Assembly (NCBI GenBank): GCA_022813965.1
Contig: JALDZS010000015.1
Location: 1-64,000 of the forward strand
Direction of reading: 5' to 3'
Length of the DNA: 64,000 bases
Source: Toensbergia leucococca
Taxonomy: Eukaryota
The position numbers and the translations under genes were made by a program. The notes beneath the pieces were generated by a model that worked only from the letters and a program-made list of their open reading frames with translations, ran no database searches and was not told where the DNA came from. Below, piece after piece: positions 24,401 to 35,780 of this stretch (the stretch's first letter is position 1; every line of letters starts with the position of its first letter).

Positions 24401-26757
24401 AGGACCGGAATATTCTGGTCGCTTTTCCAAGAATTCTCGGACAGACAAGTGTGCAAATCGAAACGTGTCCAGAGTCGAATCGAAGAGCACTAAATTGGAG
24501 CACATATCTAGGATCATATCTATTGAGACTGGTCTGAAGTGCTTCTTAGGCGTCACTGATATTAAAGCGAGAAAATCATTTGATTTTAGCGGTTCCTGAG
24601 AACATAACAGCCAGCTGAAAATGTTCTTCGTGATAAGTTGTCTAGATTCGCCCTGGTCTGTCCAAAGCTTCTCATAGAGTTCGGTGTATAAACTCTCTAA
24701 TTTAGGTGGAAGCCGTCCTACACGCTCACGGATTTCATCATCCAGTATGGCCGAGCAAAGGTTTTGCAATTGCATTTCCGCCCAACGAAACCTAGTGTGT
24801 GTTATTGGGGATTACCTAGAAATAAGGGTCGGTACAAAGTAAGATCTTACATGCCAGCAGCCCCTTCTATTACTTTTTCTATAATATGCGCACTCAACTC
24901 TTGTTTAGCGTCGCTGGCGCTATGCCGTAGCAACCTTTTCTTCCTAATAAGCTCTTTGACTTCAGTTTTAACAAACATCGCAATATCGTCCTTGTTCTTA
25001 CTGGAAGCAATTTCAAGATTAGGATAGTCTCGTAAGTGGCAAACTATATCCTGGTCGTCACGACTCGATACAAAGATTTTGGTCAAGTTTGAGGAATCCC
25101 GGAGGATGGTTTCTAATGTCTCCAGTAGGTCAGCTCGCATCTCCGGATCACACTCGTCTAGAGCATCCACTACTATGGTTGTTAGTGGATAGTAGTCGAT
25201 AAGCTGAAGAAGTAGTGCACAGCTCTTCTCGATAGACAGAGCCCCAGAAGGAAATCCTCGAGCCTCTTCTTTCCTGTAAATCTCAAGCACTGGGTCAAGT
25301 AGAGGAAGTCCAGGCTCAGGACTGGACAGTTGTCTGGCGATACTAGCAATGATTGCTACTGGGCTTGATCGCGCGGGTTCAGCGGGGTTTCGGGAACAGT
25401 AGAAGAAAACAGGAGGAGGGCTGTAACCGGCATTGAAGTCTCTCATAGCATCTTCGATGACAATAGATCTGGTGAGGATCAGCGAATATCACCCTAATAA
25501 TGACGTTATTGTAAGTACACCAGCTTGCTTTTACCAGAGCCCGGGGATCCGTGGAGCCATAGAATAGAGGACACGCTTTCTCTTTTCCACCTTTCATATT
25601 TCGCGTCTAAAAGAAGCCACTGCCCTGTACCTAAAAGGACATTTTTCCTGGTCTGTTCGTGATGTTGAATGTATGGTTCAGATGACACCCAACGCAGAAT
25701 CTCGGTACGTTTTGATACTTAAGACATCAGAAGCAATCTAAAACGGGGGTTGTTATCTACCTTCGAGGTGATCTTGAACCTTCTTTAACGCATCATCCAT
25801 TCGAATGAGTGGACCATTAATCTCATTTAAAAGACACGTCAACTTGGATTGGATATCTATCTGGTCTATGTTTATTTAGCTCAACAGGCATTCTCAGATA
25901 CTCCCAGGCTTGGGTTTGTTTTCGAATTGCACTTACACTGTTGGCTGACAAGATCTTTACAACGATCAACAGCAGCTTCCTCGGCCTCAACAAAGTCGAA
26001 ATAATTATCGAGATCTGCTTCAAGGAGTCCACTTTTTATAATGCGCTCTGCATAGACCTTAGCTCTACTCCATGACGGATAATGTCAGGGTACTAACTTG
26101 CTGTGTTCTGATCAAAATAGAATTTGACTTTAGAAAGATAAGTCATGATAGCTACATATGATTGGATTAAAGCTCTCTTGAGCTCGTCAGTTGCTGGAGA
26201 TTTGTGACAAAGGTAGAGGTCTTCGACAATGGCGTATCGGCAGATCTTTTCGGCGATTGAAGTTGCGCTTTCTATTGCGAAGTTGAATTTAGCAGTATCA
26301 TTGACAGCAATCTATTTTAAGGTCAGTCGTGTCTAGAGTCATCTGGGGTTGAGGCACGGACCTGCAAGAGGAATCGAACACCAGCCCATGGAAGGGCAGC
26401 ATGCACTGGATCATATTGAACGGCAGAGTCCCCAACCTGCTTGAAAATGTCAATCCATTTGATCATTTTGGTGAACAGGTCTCTGAAGACAATCGTCTCT
26501 CCACTCTTCCGAGTATATCGCCATCTTTTTTGGATGCACCTCAGTCTAGACTTTTCAGTCAAGGTTTGCAATTCGGTCAAGATGCTGAGCTTGTCCGAAC
26601 GGCTGAAATCAACACTTTGTCTCTCTTCACTACTTAGTTTGGCCACTGCAAGTTCCCAGAGATCGTTACTGCGAATTTGTAGTTAAGATCTGATTCTTTG
26701 TTGAGGAAATAAAGGATAGATGTACCTATCGGACCTATGTGGAATCAACGTGGACAT
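21427..26757 (-). CDS. Fungal NLR: helical N-terminal domain + NACHT NTPase + winged helix + 15 ankyrin-like repeats + ankyrin + C-terminal SPRY, 10 exons, apparently intact
   Basis: N-domain DPVHAALPWAGVRFLLQ, Walker A WLHGSPGSGKSKL, Walker B IVVDALDEC, KIFVSSR, AAGMFRWA, FAHLSVREFL and ANK GTALHVAVRNG. SPRY: RANHPIP..FYFEI..IAIG..PGW..GSWEYHGDDG..YGPVYGTGDVVGCG..FFTKNG..LFPVIG..VNFGQSEFVF. All introns splice in frame when read by hand. Confidence 0.9.
22481..23860 (-). repeat. Coding tandem array of 15 near-identical 90/96-nt units (30/32 aa) in the NLR
   Basis: Units ITEDVVKAAAGNxxxGxEVMKLLLD(C/R)xxEEIK (8 copies) and ITEGIVLAAARxxxAEVMTLLLDRxxEEIK (7 copies). High nucleotide identity is visible (ctctgtgatcttgatctcttca recurs). 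Confidence 0.95.
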
Positions 26758-28001
26758 CACTATAGGCCATATATATTTCTTGTCCGATATGTCCAAAAAG
26801 TCTAGCTAAGTTGTAGACGATAGGTAAGGTAAGAGAAGGAGATAAGGTAAGTCAAGTTATCTCAGCCTCGACCTCGACTATTTTTAGACTACAAGCATGC
26901 CTTTCGTCAGTATTGAATATACCCCTATGCGTATATGATAGCACAACCTGAGTAACGTATGTAGTGCAAGTTGCACACCATTGGTGGATTGTTTTCTCTG
27001 ATCTTCTTGGCTAGCTCTTTATCCGGTTTACATCAATTTTGAGTCTTTCTAAATATAAGGGTAGTAAATAAGACATTACATCTGCTTCTTGAAACGTTGA
27101 GTGTTTCAAGTACAAAAGCTGCCTCTTCTTCTAAACCTGGCACTATCCCAAGAGATGCAATAATGACGCTGAAAAAAATCGAAAATCTTGATTAGGGGAT
27201 TTCTCATATTGGGTCCGTGTGCTTTTGAGACACGTTGGTGAGACTAAACGAGAAGGGCTGGGTTGAGGTAGATGGTTTATTGGGCTAAGTGTCCTTTTTT
27301 TGCTGTTTTTTTGGGAAAGGGGAGGTGGGAGTTCTTTTGCTGTGTTGAAAAGAGCGAACAGCAAATGTGAGCGTGTGGGGAAATTTGGGACGAAAGCCTT
27401 CCCTCTCAATGAATCGAGTCCGCATCATGAACAACATACACGTTCCTTTTCTGAAAGAGAGGCAGAGATACCAAAAATCACCACTCCGAACCCCCCTTCC
27501 AAGCGTGGAGGAAATGCCATATCTAGACTTGTGTAGCTGCAGGAGCCCGGGTTGGGGGAAGGGGGTTCGAGTTTGGTAAATCTGTTTGGTGAATCCAGCC
27601 CTCGCAGATCTCGACTTTTCATCGCAAAGGTTAGGACCTCTTCTCATGGTGAAAAGGGTAAAGACATGGGGAAGCGCGCGAACCGTATTCCGAGAACCGA
27701 ATTCTGACAAAGGGGTATCTATAGAAGATTCCAGTGGACGAAGGAAGGAATCATAGGACCTAGGGAGGTGGGAAGACACGGACCAAAGACAGGCAGAGGA
27801 AACAGTAAGAGTGAAATAGATAATCAGAGACTTGGAACTTAGGGGAGGGTGTTCAATTGCAGAAAGCAGAGGAGGAAAGAGATTCTCTGCTTAAGGAATG
27901 ACCACAGTGGAAGGAAAGAGAAAAGAAAAACATATCGGTCAAGAACAACTGCAAAAAAATTCCATCCCCAAATATTACCCCCTCCTCGCATCCGCCCTTC
28001 C

Positions 28002-29400
28002 TCACTGCATCATATCCTGCCCGCAACCCTCTTTTGCACCCGCAACATATCTCCGGATCCTATTCAAGTCTTCCAGGCAATCCCGTAACCCTCTTACCTC
28101 GGCTGCGCGTACGGTCCTAATCTCGCTCTCGATAGCTTCACATGTGCCCTTGACGCTATCAAATACGTCATCTGCAGTGGCGTCAAGCTCGTGTGTCATG
28201 TTAACCTTGAAAAAGCTTCGTGTTGTGGTGAAGAGATCTCGACGCTGCATGCACTCCTCGATGATATTTTCCATGCGTTTCTCGGCTCCGGGGCCGGACT
28301 CCTCACAACAGGCGCGGTAGGTGGGGTTTATGAGGGTGAGGATGTTGGAGATATGCGGTCGCCTGGAGTATCGTATTTGATGCACTTGATGCTTCTGGGA
28401 ACGAGTTGTCAATACTGGTATGCCTGTCTTGCCTTTTTGAAGTATTCCCATCAAGACTTGGTGAGAATATCTGATTCATTTCCGAGAAGGATTTAGGCTA
28501 TATCACGCTGCCTGGTCTTGATAGATCATATCGAATCGGGCGGAGAATTTGGAGCCAGGGGTTATGTCAGCTCGATGAAGGGAGTCTTTACAGGTACAAA
28601 GAACCGTACGTTTCATCCAACTCATCAAGCCCTTTACTTCTCCCTTGATAAACTCTTGCAGATTTAAACTTCGGACATCTATGATCTCTTCTAGCGTAGG
28701 CCACGCATTGACCGCCTCTCGATTCGTTAGATCTCGGCATTCCATCGATTATGGTCCTATGCAGCGATGGCATGTGTGCCATAATGCCGTATGAAGGCTC
28801 TGTAGAACGCTTGGGTGTATTAGATTCAAGGTGTCCTTATTTCGATCTTAGATTATGGGAACTCCGAGAGTGATGGTACTAGGCAACTTAGTTTTGAGGA
28901 GATTGAATTGTCATAATACCCACTTGGGCTTTCCAACGTCTACTTGCATCTATGGCTATCTTGTCGAATATTGGTCTTCTATGGGCTTTATGTGTCAGTC
29001 TGAATTTTCCGCAGCTACAATAGTTGGATCATACATAAAGGTCGGAGCAAGTGACGTTTCAGCTCTCTTTCCAGAGCCTTTTGATACATCTAGATACTAC
29101 TTTCAATCATCTGTGGCTTGCTAGCGGAAGAGCCAGGGGATTACGCTGCAACTACTATACCTCATGCATAAGAGTGACGGAGTCTAGAGCTATTGTAGGC
29201 AACGTCGTAGTGTCAAAGGCTGCGTTCATGCCTAGCTCCAGATATTCCAGGACCCGGACTTCTGGAAAGTAGTTCGAGACTTTGAGCTGAGCCTTCGCAA
29301 CACTTGAATTGTAGAATGGCCGACGATCGGGAATGCCACTATGCGCGGTTGATACCATGTGCCTCGGATCTCCGGCTGTCATCTCTTTCATAGTCTATTT
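28002..29400 (-). pseudogene. Disrupted C-terminal part of a fungal dynamin-like / SLIP-GC-like GTPase gene
   Basis: Motifs in family order: HSGIPDRRPFY...AKAQL (~29340), FYRAFIRHYGTH...*...RWNAEI* (~28730-28810) and PTYRACCEESGPGAEKRME (~28270-28325). They are interrupted by stops and frameshifts, and no GTPase P-loop is visible. Confidence 0.6.
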
Positions 29401-29999
29401 GCGACACAAAACACCCCAAGATCGTCATGGCAGTTGAAGATGGTAAAGGGGTTCCAATTTCATCGTCACGGTATTAATCCTTGCTACGATATAGAGGCAC
29501 TTATATATCTGTGCAACGTCAACGTCCGTTCAACTAGCTTGAGTAACAACAATGTCACCTTATGTCAGCCACTTGGTACGCATCAACTCCTTGAACGCAC
29601 TCTTTGACTCCATCCTTTAATGATGAGAGTTAATTTCACTTGTTAGCAAGTTGGGTTCGTCTTAGTATAGTAAAGGCTATTGAATGTTCGTAGTGGACAG
29701 TAAGTATCTTGCAAAGCTCTAGGTAGTCTCAAGGCAAGTTGAGATTTGCTAGACATGGTTAGTGGAATTGAACAGTGGATGTTAATAAACCCTGAAGATT
29801 TTATTGATTGAACTGTAGCGAGGGACACATTCGTTCGCAGGCACGCCTCATTCTAGGCATGTTGAAGGGCGACACTGCATGCGAATCAGAATAGGTATTA
29901 TACAAGTTCCTGCCTCTCTTTCTTATCTTCTTTCGGCCTAAATGATCTCTCTACTGAGAACTTTTCATATAGAATGGACCATGGAAACATGCAAAACAT

Positions 30000-31226
30000 T
30001 CAAGATACCGACAACGAACCCTTTGATACGCTCGGTAGATATGAGACCTCTTTGTTCTCGTCCTTCCCTTCTTCTAGGATTCGAAAGGTCATACCTTCCT
30101 TGAACAATGAAGCGCATCTGGCAGCCGTTCTATTTATAATGGTCTGGTCCCAACCAATCATCGAAGAAACGCCCAGCACATCAGCCCAGTCTCGAAGACC
30201 AACTCTTATCTGGCGATTGTGGAGGCTTCGACTCCGTGAGAAAGGCGATGTTCCTTTCCGGCGTTTTTTCACAGCCGGCTGTCGTGACTCATTACTTGAG
30301 CTGGACCAGTTGCCTGATTCAGAGGATGGAGCTTTAACGCTTTGCCCTGTGATTGGCTGAGACTTGGCTCCTTTCCGTCTTGTGTTCACCCGTCTTCGTC
30401 GAGAGATACCATTCGCGTTTTCGGCCACATCTGTTTGCGTTTCACTGGCAGAATCATTACTTTTTGACATATACGACCTTCTAGCATGATGAAGCCCCAT
30501 TAATAAATCGTCCAATCTAGAAAGGATATTGCGAATTGTAGGCTGTAATATGTCCCTCGCCCTGTCGTCGTCTGCCAGGACGACTGGCTCCAGCTGACTC
30601 TCCTTTCCATCCTCATGACCACTATCAGATGCCTTAGTAAGGCTCCTCGACCTTTTCCGATTATTTTCCTTGTACAGCTCGTTCAAGTCTGACTTCTCCG
30701 TCTCCCACTTCCTTGCGAGGTATCTTTCCTTCGATTCCTTGATACACTGGGCCGCTAAGAGCTCTTCCATGGAATGGCTTAGATTCTCAAACCGCTTGCG
30801 ATAGAGCGAAGATGTTTCATTTCCCTCTTCCTCCCAGGACATTCCTTCTCCTTCTCGTGGTACTTGGTCTTGCGCCATTGGCCAAGCCGTCCAAACCTTA
30901 GGCGGTAACCAAATCTTTTCAAGCGCATGTCTTTCTTCGAGTTCATCTTGTTCCGCATTGCCTTTGCTAATCTGCTGCTGATTTATGGCTCTCTTCTTTA
31001 ATCGATTGGCGTTGTAAAGGTGTAGGCTCAAGTCTCTCGCCTGCAGCTGACCAAGGCTAGCTGCTAGTTCCCGCTCAGAGGCTGTCCAACTTCTCCACGT
31101 AGACAAAGGGCCACTGTATCTATTAGGGCGCGAAGGCGGTCGTGGTGAAGTCACATTGGAATCCTCAGCTTGGGACGACGATGTTTGAATATCTTCTTCT
31201 TCATGGTGCTGCGTATTGGAGGACAT
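30000..31226 (-). CDS. RRN9: Rrn9-domain protein (RNA polymerase I upstream activating factor subunit-like); 3' end may have further exons
   Basis: RPNRYSGPLSTWRSWTASERELAASL...DLSLHLYNA...WLPPKVWTAWP and GLRDWADVLG...AARCASLFKEGM, typical of Pezizomycotina Rrn9-domain proteins. Confidence 0.75.
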   Translation of the reverse strand: MSSNTQHHEEEDIQTSSSQAEDSNVTSPRPPSRPNRYSGPLSTWRSWTASERELAASLGQLQARDLSLHLYNANRLKKRAINQQQISKGNAEQDELEERHALEKIWLPPKVWTAWPMAQDQVPREGEGMSWEEEGNETSSLYRKRFENLSHSMEELLAAQCIKESKERYLARKWETEKSDLNELYKENNRKRSRSLTKASDSGHEDGKESQLEPVVLADDDRARDILQPTIRNILSRLDDLLMGLHHARRSYMSKSNDSASETQTDVAENANGISRRRRVNTRRKGAKSQPITGQSVKAPSSESGNWSSSSNESRQPAVKKRRKGTSPFSRSRSLHNRQIRVGLRDWADVLGVSSMIGWDQTIINRTAARCASLFKEGMTFRILEEGKDENKEVSYLPSVSKGSLSVS

Positions 31227-32644
31227 GTCCGTTTGCTACGAGGAGAAGTTCAGTTGATTGGCCTAGAATTGAGCATTTTCTCCAGGCAAGGGATTTGAGT
31301 GGTCAACATCCGGCCGCCAGGAGTCGATGTAGCCCATGGCACCAGAATCTAGGTAACACAGCCTCTCTCAACCGCTGGAATGATTCGATGGATTTTCTTT
31401 CAGGAACAATACGCGGCTAAAGGTTGGAATAGATTACCAGAGTTGTGCTGAGGTAAGGTAGTTATTGCTTGCTGGTCACGCTCCCCACACTACGAAAGGT
31501 TCACGAACGAAATGACTCGATATTTCAATCTCTACGAACAGAATGTGGAGTAAAATAGATCCACCGTGATCTCTCGATCACGTTACCACGCCATAGGCGA
31601 GGTCCGGAGATTTGAAGTCCTTACGTTCGCTGCAATTAACTTCCCACACATACGAACGAACTCAAAATCGCTTTTGCTGCAAATACGAGGATAATACTAG
31701 GAGGTATATACAACTACTAGGAGAATATGTTCTCTTAGCTCTGAAGGGTGCGGGGAATGTCCTACATTGTCCTGTACGCACCAAAATTCACTCCTAGCCT
31801 TAGGACCTGGGAAACCGCCACTGTCACGGAGCTTCCATATCATTGGCAGCGATAGACTCGGCCAATTCAACAGATAACGGCAAGACCTTCATATGAAACT
31901 CAAACAAAAGTCTTCAGACTGCCGACCCTGTCTGCGAGCTTAATCACAGGCTGCGAATATAAATAGCAAAAGTAAATCAACCACCTTGGAAGCCAAGAAA
32001 AACAGCCATTACAATGAAGGCCCCTATAGTCGATAGACCTCTAGTTGGAGCATCCTTGGTAGTATCCCGCTGCAGCACTGTGCAAACAACTTGAGGCCCT
32101 ACAATTTTCTACTCTTTTGTCTACTATCATCACGCAGAGCCACTTGCTTACCCAAGAACATACCTCAAATTGTTGAGTACAATGAACCTCATAATCGTCT
32201 GTAGTCTATGACTCATTCCCTTTGCAAAGCCACCTAAGGTATTCGTACCGCGTACCTGGTAGTCATTGAGACTGTACCTTCTTCTTCAGGCGGTGGGGAA
32301 CCTAAGAAATCTCTCACGGAGATGTCTTGTTGAGAAAAGTGCTGGTCAAAATTCCATTACATGTGGATTTAACTTTTATATGTATATGTATATATATGTT
32401 TTTCCTTTATTACTATTGCGGGTTAAATTTTCGTGTATTTCCTGGTGTGTGTTTGCTACTGGATGATCGATATTGCATACTCAAAAATGCTTCCCGATTT
32501 ACTTTTGTGTACTCTTGCATTCAAGGAATTGACTCTGCATGAAATCTTCTTGTGATTCCAAGGTAGACCTACAACCACATATAAATTTCCTGCTTACGCA
32601 GTCTATTTCATAGAAACACAATAACAAAGCACACGTCGGGATAA

Positions 32645-34609
32645 ATGGCTCCTTTGTTTCCCCTATTCACCAGGGCTAGCAGTCTTTGCTGTTACTTCGT
32701 GCTCAGTCTGCATCAATGCGTCTCCGCGCTCCCGGTCTCCCAAGGTGCTCGCAAGGTCGTCTCAAGTCCCACAGCATCTTTCACTGTACTCCCATCTGCT
32801 TCGACGTTGGTCCCCGACGCTGCAGAAGCCACCGCCTCATCACTGCAACCTTTCTCGACGCATTCCTTGGCACCTAGGTGGACACCAACCGACTTAGGAG
32901 CGTGGACAATCCCACCATATACTCCCATCCCCTCGGCCGGACAAACCAGAACTATTCTACTGGTTCCCCAGCCGTCAAAAGATGTAGGGAAAATCGTCGG
33001 CGCCACTGTCGGAAGCGTTGCGGGGGCTGGCGTGATCGGTGGGACTGCTTACGGTTTAGCGAACCTGCCTCTCACGGGATCATTTGTCGGGCCAAATGAT
33101 CCCTGGGTAGCCCCTAATTCCGTGGCCTTTGATTCTGACGGGGTACTTGCTCGTCTGCCGGGGCCTGACACCCCGGTCCCGCCTCTTCAAGTCCCCGGTG
33201 CCCCACGTGTTGATCCAGACTTCGATACTCATTCAGTCCCCGATGAGTCAATTCCGGGTCGTCCGCTCATGGTGCACCCAAATACCCCTCTCGGTATTAC
33301 CCCACCTCCCCCAGTCTCCCCTCCCGAGCCACCCGCACCTCCCCGAGTCCCCCGTCCTGCGATTCCACCCGTCCCACCTCTACCTCCACCTTCTCCTCCC
33401 CTAGGCGCGGGTGACTTTGCGATGTCTGGAGGCCTGGGCTCTGGGGACACACCTAAGCCAGACCGCACCTCGGTGAACGACTCGAAAGATGCCAAGGCTA
33501 AGGCCAAGGCCAAAGCCAAAGAAGACGCCAAAGCTAAAGCTGAAGCAGACGCCAAAGCCAAAGCTGATGCAGCCGCTAAAGCCAAAGCCGTGGAAGACGC
33601 CAAAGCCAAAGCCGAACAAGACGCCAAAGAAAAAGCCAAAGCAGACCGACTGAGACGAATCTCAGCAGCAATAGAGGATGCCAAGAAGCGAAAAGCCGCA
33701 AAAGATGCCAAAGACAAAGCCAGGGAAGATTTAAGGAAGGACAACAGAGCCCACTACAGTGCCCAGGATGCCGCCAAAGCCAAAGACCTTGCCCGATTCA
33801 GAGCCGCGGAAGCCAGGGAAGCCCAAGTCGAAGCCGACGAAGCCGCCAAAGCTAAAGCTGAGGCAGCCGGCAAAGCCAAAGCCGCAAGAGCCCGCCAAAG
33901 AAAAGTCGCGGAAGAAATCAGAGCCCAAGCCGCGCAACGCGCCAAAGCCAAAGCAGCCGAAGACGCCAAACTCAAAGCTGATGCAGACGCCAAAATCAAA
34001 GCCGCGGAGGACGCAAAAGCCAAAGCCGATGCAGAAGCCAAAGCCAAAGCAGAGGCAGACGCTAAAGCCAAAGCTGAGGCAGATGCCAAAGCCAAAGCCA
34101 AAGCTGAGGCAGACGCCAAAGCCAAAGCCAAAGCCAAAGAAGACGCCAAAGCCAAAGCAGCGGCAGATGCCAAAGCCGAAGCCAAAGCTAAAGCAGACGC
34201 CAAAGCCAAAGCGGCGGCCGACGCCCGAGCTAAAGCTGAGGCAGAAGCCGACGCAGCGGCAAAAGCTAGAGCCAAAGCTGAGGCAGATGCCAAAGCAGCA
34301 GCAGACGCCCACGCCAAAGCTGAGGCCGATCTCAAAGCCAAAGCGGCGGCAGACGCCCGAGCCAGAGCTAGCGCCAAAGCCGAAGCAGAGGCCCGGGCCC
34401 GAGCCCAGGCCTTGGCAGACGCTCAAGAAAAGGAAAGATTAAAGAAGCAGAAAGAGGAGGAAGCACGGGCGGTGCTGAGGGATTTTTTTCACCACAAGGA
34501 CAAGCCGAAGCCGGAGCCCAGGCACTGTACGCCTATAGGCGGGGTGAATACGTGGTGCAATAAGCACAAGTGGTGTAGGGTTATGTGTCATATCACTCAT
34601 CCTTGGTAG
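32645..34609 (+). CDS. Secreted/surface protein: signal peptide, Ser/Thr and Pro-rich region, long Ala/Lys/Asp/Glu helical repeat (TolA-like), Cys/His-rich C-terminus
   Basis: 654-aa intronless ORF with hydrophobic N-terminus ending VSA|LP, (AKAKAEAD)-type repeats at ~33490-34420 and tail HCTPIGGVNTWCNKHKWCRVMCH. Confidence 0.75.
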   Translation: MAPLFPLFTRASSLCCYFVLSLHQCVSALPVSQGARKVVSSPTASFTVLPSASTLVPDAAEATASSLQPFSTHSLAPRWTPTDLGAWTIPPYTPIPSAGQTRTILLVPQPSKDVGKIVGATVGSVAGAGVIGGTAYGLANLPLTGSFVGPNDPWVAPNSVAFDSDGVLARLPGPDTPVPPLQVPGAPRVDPDFDTHSVPDESIPGRPLMVHPNTPLGITPPPPVSPPEPPAPPRVPRPAIPPVPPLPPPSPPLGAGDFAMSGGLGSGDTPKPDRTSVNDSKDAKAKAKAKAKEDAKAKAEADAKAKADAAAKAKAVEDAKAKAEQDAKEKAKADRLRRISAAIEDAKKRKAAKDAKDKAREDLRKDNRAHYSAQDAAKAKDLARFRAAEAREAQVEADEAAKAKAEAAGKAKAARARQRKVAEEIRAQAAQRAKAKAAEDAKLKADADAKIKAAEDAKAKADAEAKAKAEADAKAKAEADAKAKAKAEADAKAKAKAKEDAKAKAAADAKAEAKAKADAKAKAAADARAKAEAEADAAAKARAKAEADAKAAADAHAKAEADLKAKAAADARARASAKAEAEARARAQALADAQEKERLKKQKEEEARAVLRDFFHHKDKPKPEPRHCTPIGGVNTWCNKHKWCRVMCHITHPW

Positions 34610-35629
34610 CTTTAGCTAGAGTGCACATCGAGTTTCGTCTAGGTTGTTGCGAGGAGTTGCTGGGTTGAATGGATTTTGTGATCGGCTGGTGTTTCGTTAG
34701 CGTTCTTGGGGGGTGTTGAAAGTAACAGGTGGGTTTACTCTCTGTGTGCATCATACCCATCACTTACACCACAATCGGAACTTGTAGGACTCACGACTCC
34801 CCATCAGGGATTATCTTTTCCATTTCAACATCAAGAATACAACAGGTTTCTCAGCGATGCGCACTTATCATCTTTTGCCGGATTTTAGCACTAATACTGA
34901 ATCACCACCGAGCCACCCCATATTGCATAAGGAAACTTTGCGGTTTCACCCCATATCCTGAATCAAATACCTACCTCTATTGCATGTCCTCTATCTCCTT
35001 CATTGTGTGCTATTTACACAGAATATCACTTAAAGAAGTATTACTGTTCTGCATCGCGGTTTCGCTCAACTCCCTACCTTAGGGGTAATCTCACCTAGGG
35101 AAATATCATCACTTTTTATCTCAATCACCTCAATTTGAAGTGATGAAATACCCTGCTATTCACCTGATTTGCTCCTTCGCAACCTCGTCCTCCTTCTTCA
35201 TAATCCTATTCTTCACCCCAAGCTCTAGCTTGTACTTCCTCCGTCCTCATCCTCACTCGCCTCACTTCTCCTGAATGACCAATTTTGCTTGGTCAAAGTT
35301 GAAGGGATGTCACTGCTGAGAAAAATTATGAGGTCATCATCGTGAACCTCAGAAGGCTGTTCATGAGATTGTACTATCAGGGAGTCTTCACACATGTGGT
35401 AGAGGATCAAAAAGAAGAATTTCAATCAAAGCAATTGTCAGAGCAGAAGCCACAAAACATCAATGGATCACGCATACAACCCCTGAAAGTCTCAAGGAAA
35501 ACAAACTCATTTCTTATCATAGTAGTATCATTTCTTCAAGACTGAAGAATCCGATTAAAACCATTCAAGTTTATGAAATAGCAGCAACCCTAGCCTAAAA
35601 AAAATCTGCCTCGCCCGACTGACCCTGCT

Positions 35630-35780
35630 CCTTGAAGAAACATCACAAAGGTTGTGCACCGTCCGCAGCATTGTGAGATGCGTCTTTCTCGGCTCCTCCT
35701 CATTGCCAGTACGTGCTCGCTCATACAGCTCCTTGACCTCGTCGGATTGACCCTCCGTCGAATAGCAGGATGGGAAAAAC
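35630..35780 (-). pseudogene. Isolated TPR-repeat relic (TPR_10/12 type as in NB-ARC-TPR NLRs)
   Basis: CYSTEGQSDEVKELYERARTGNEEEPRKTHLTMLRTVHNLCDV resembles the consensus LYxxQGxxxEAExMYERALxGxEKxLGxxHxSTLxTVxNLG. No start or NTPase domain nearby. Confidence 0.6.

Noticed and set aside
26640..27900. Amyloid signalling motif or adjacent HeLo/gasdermin effector for the NLR
   Set aside because: The N-terminus (MSTLIPHRSDSNDLWELA) has no G/N/Q-rich motif. ORFs at 27143-27779 lack recognisable domains and mostly lack ATG starts.
33229..34442. Overlapping ORFs (ALALASAS, GFGF and PKPK repeats) in other frames
   Set aside because: They are shadows of the gcc-aaa repeat of the 654-aa gene, which alone has an ATG, signal peptide and unique termini.
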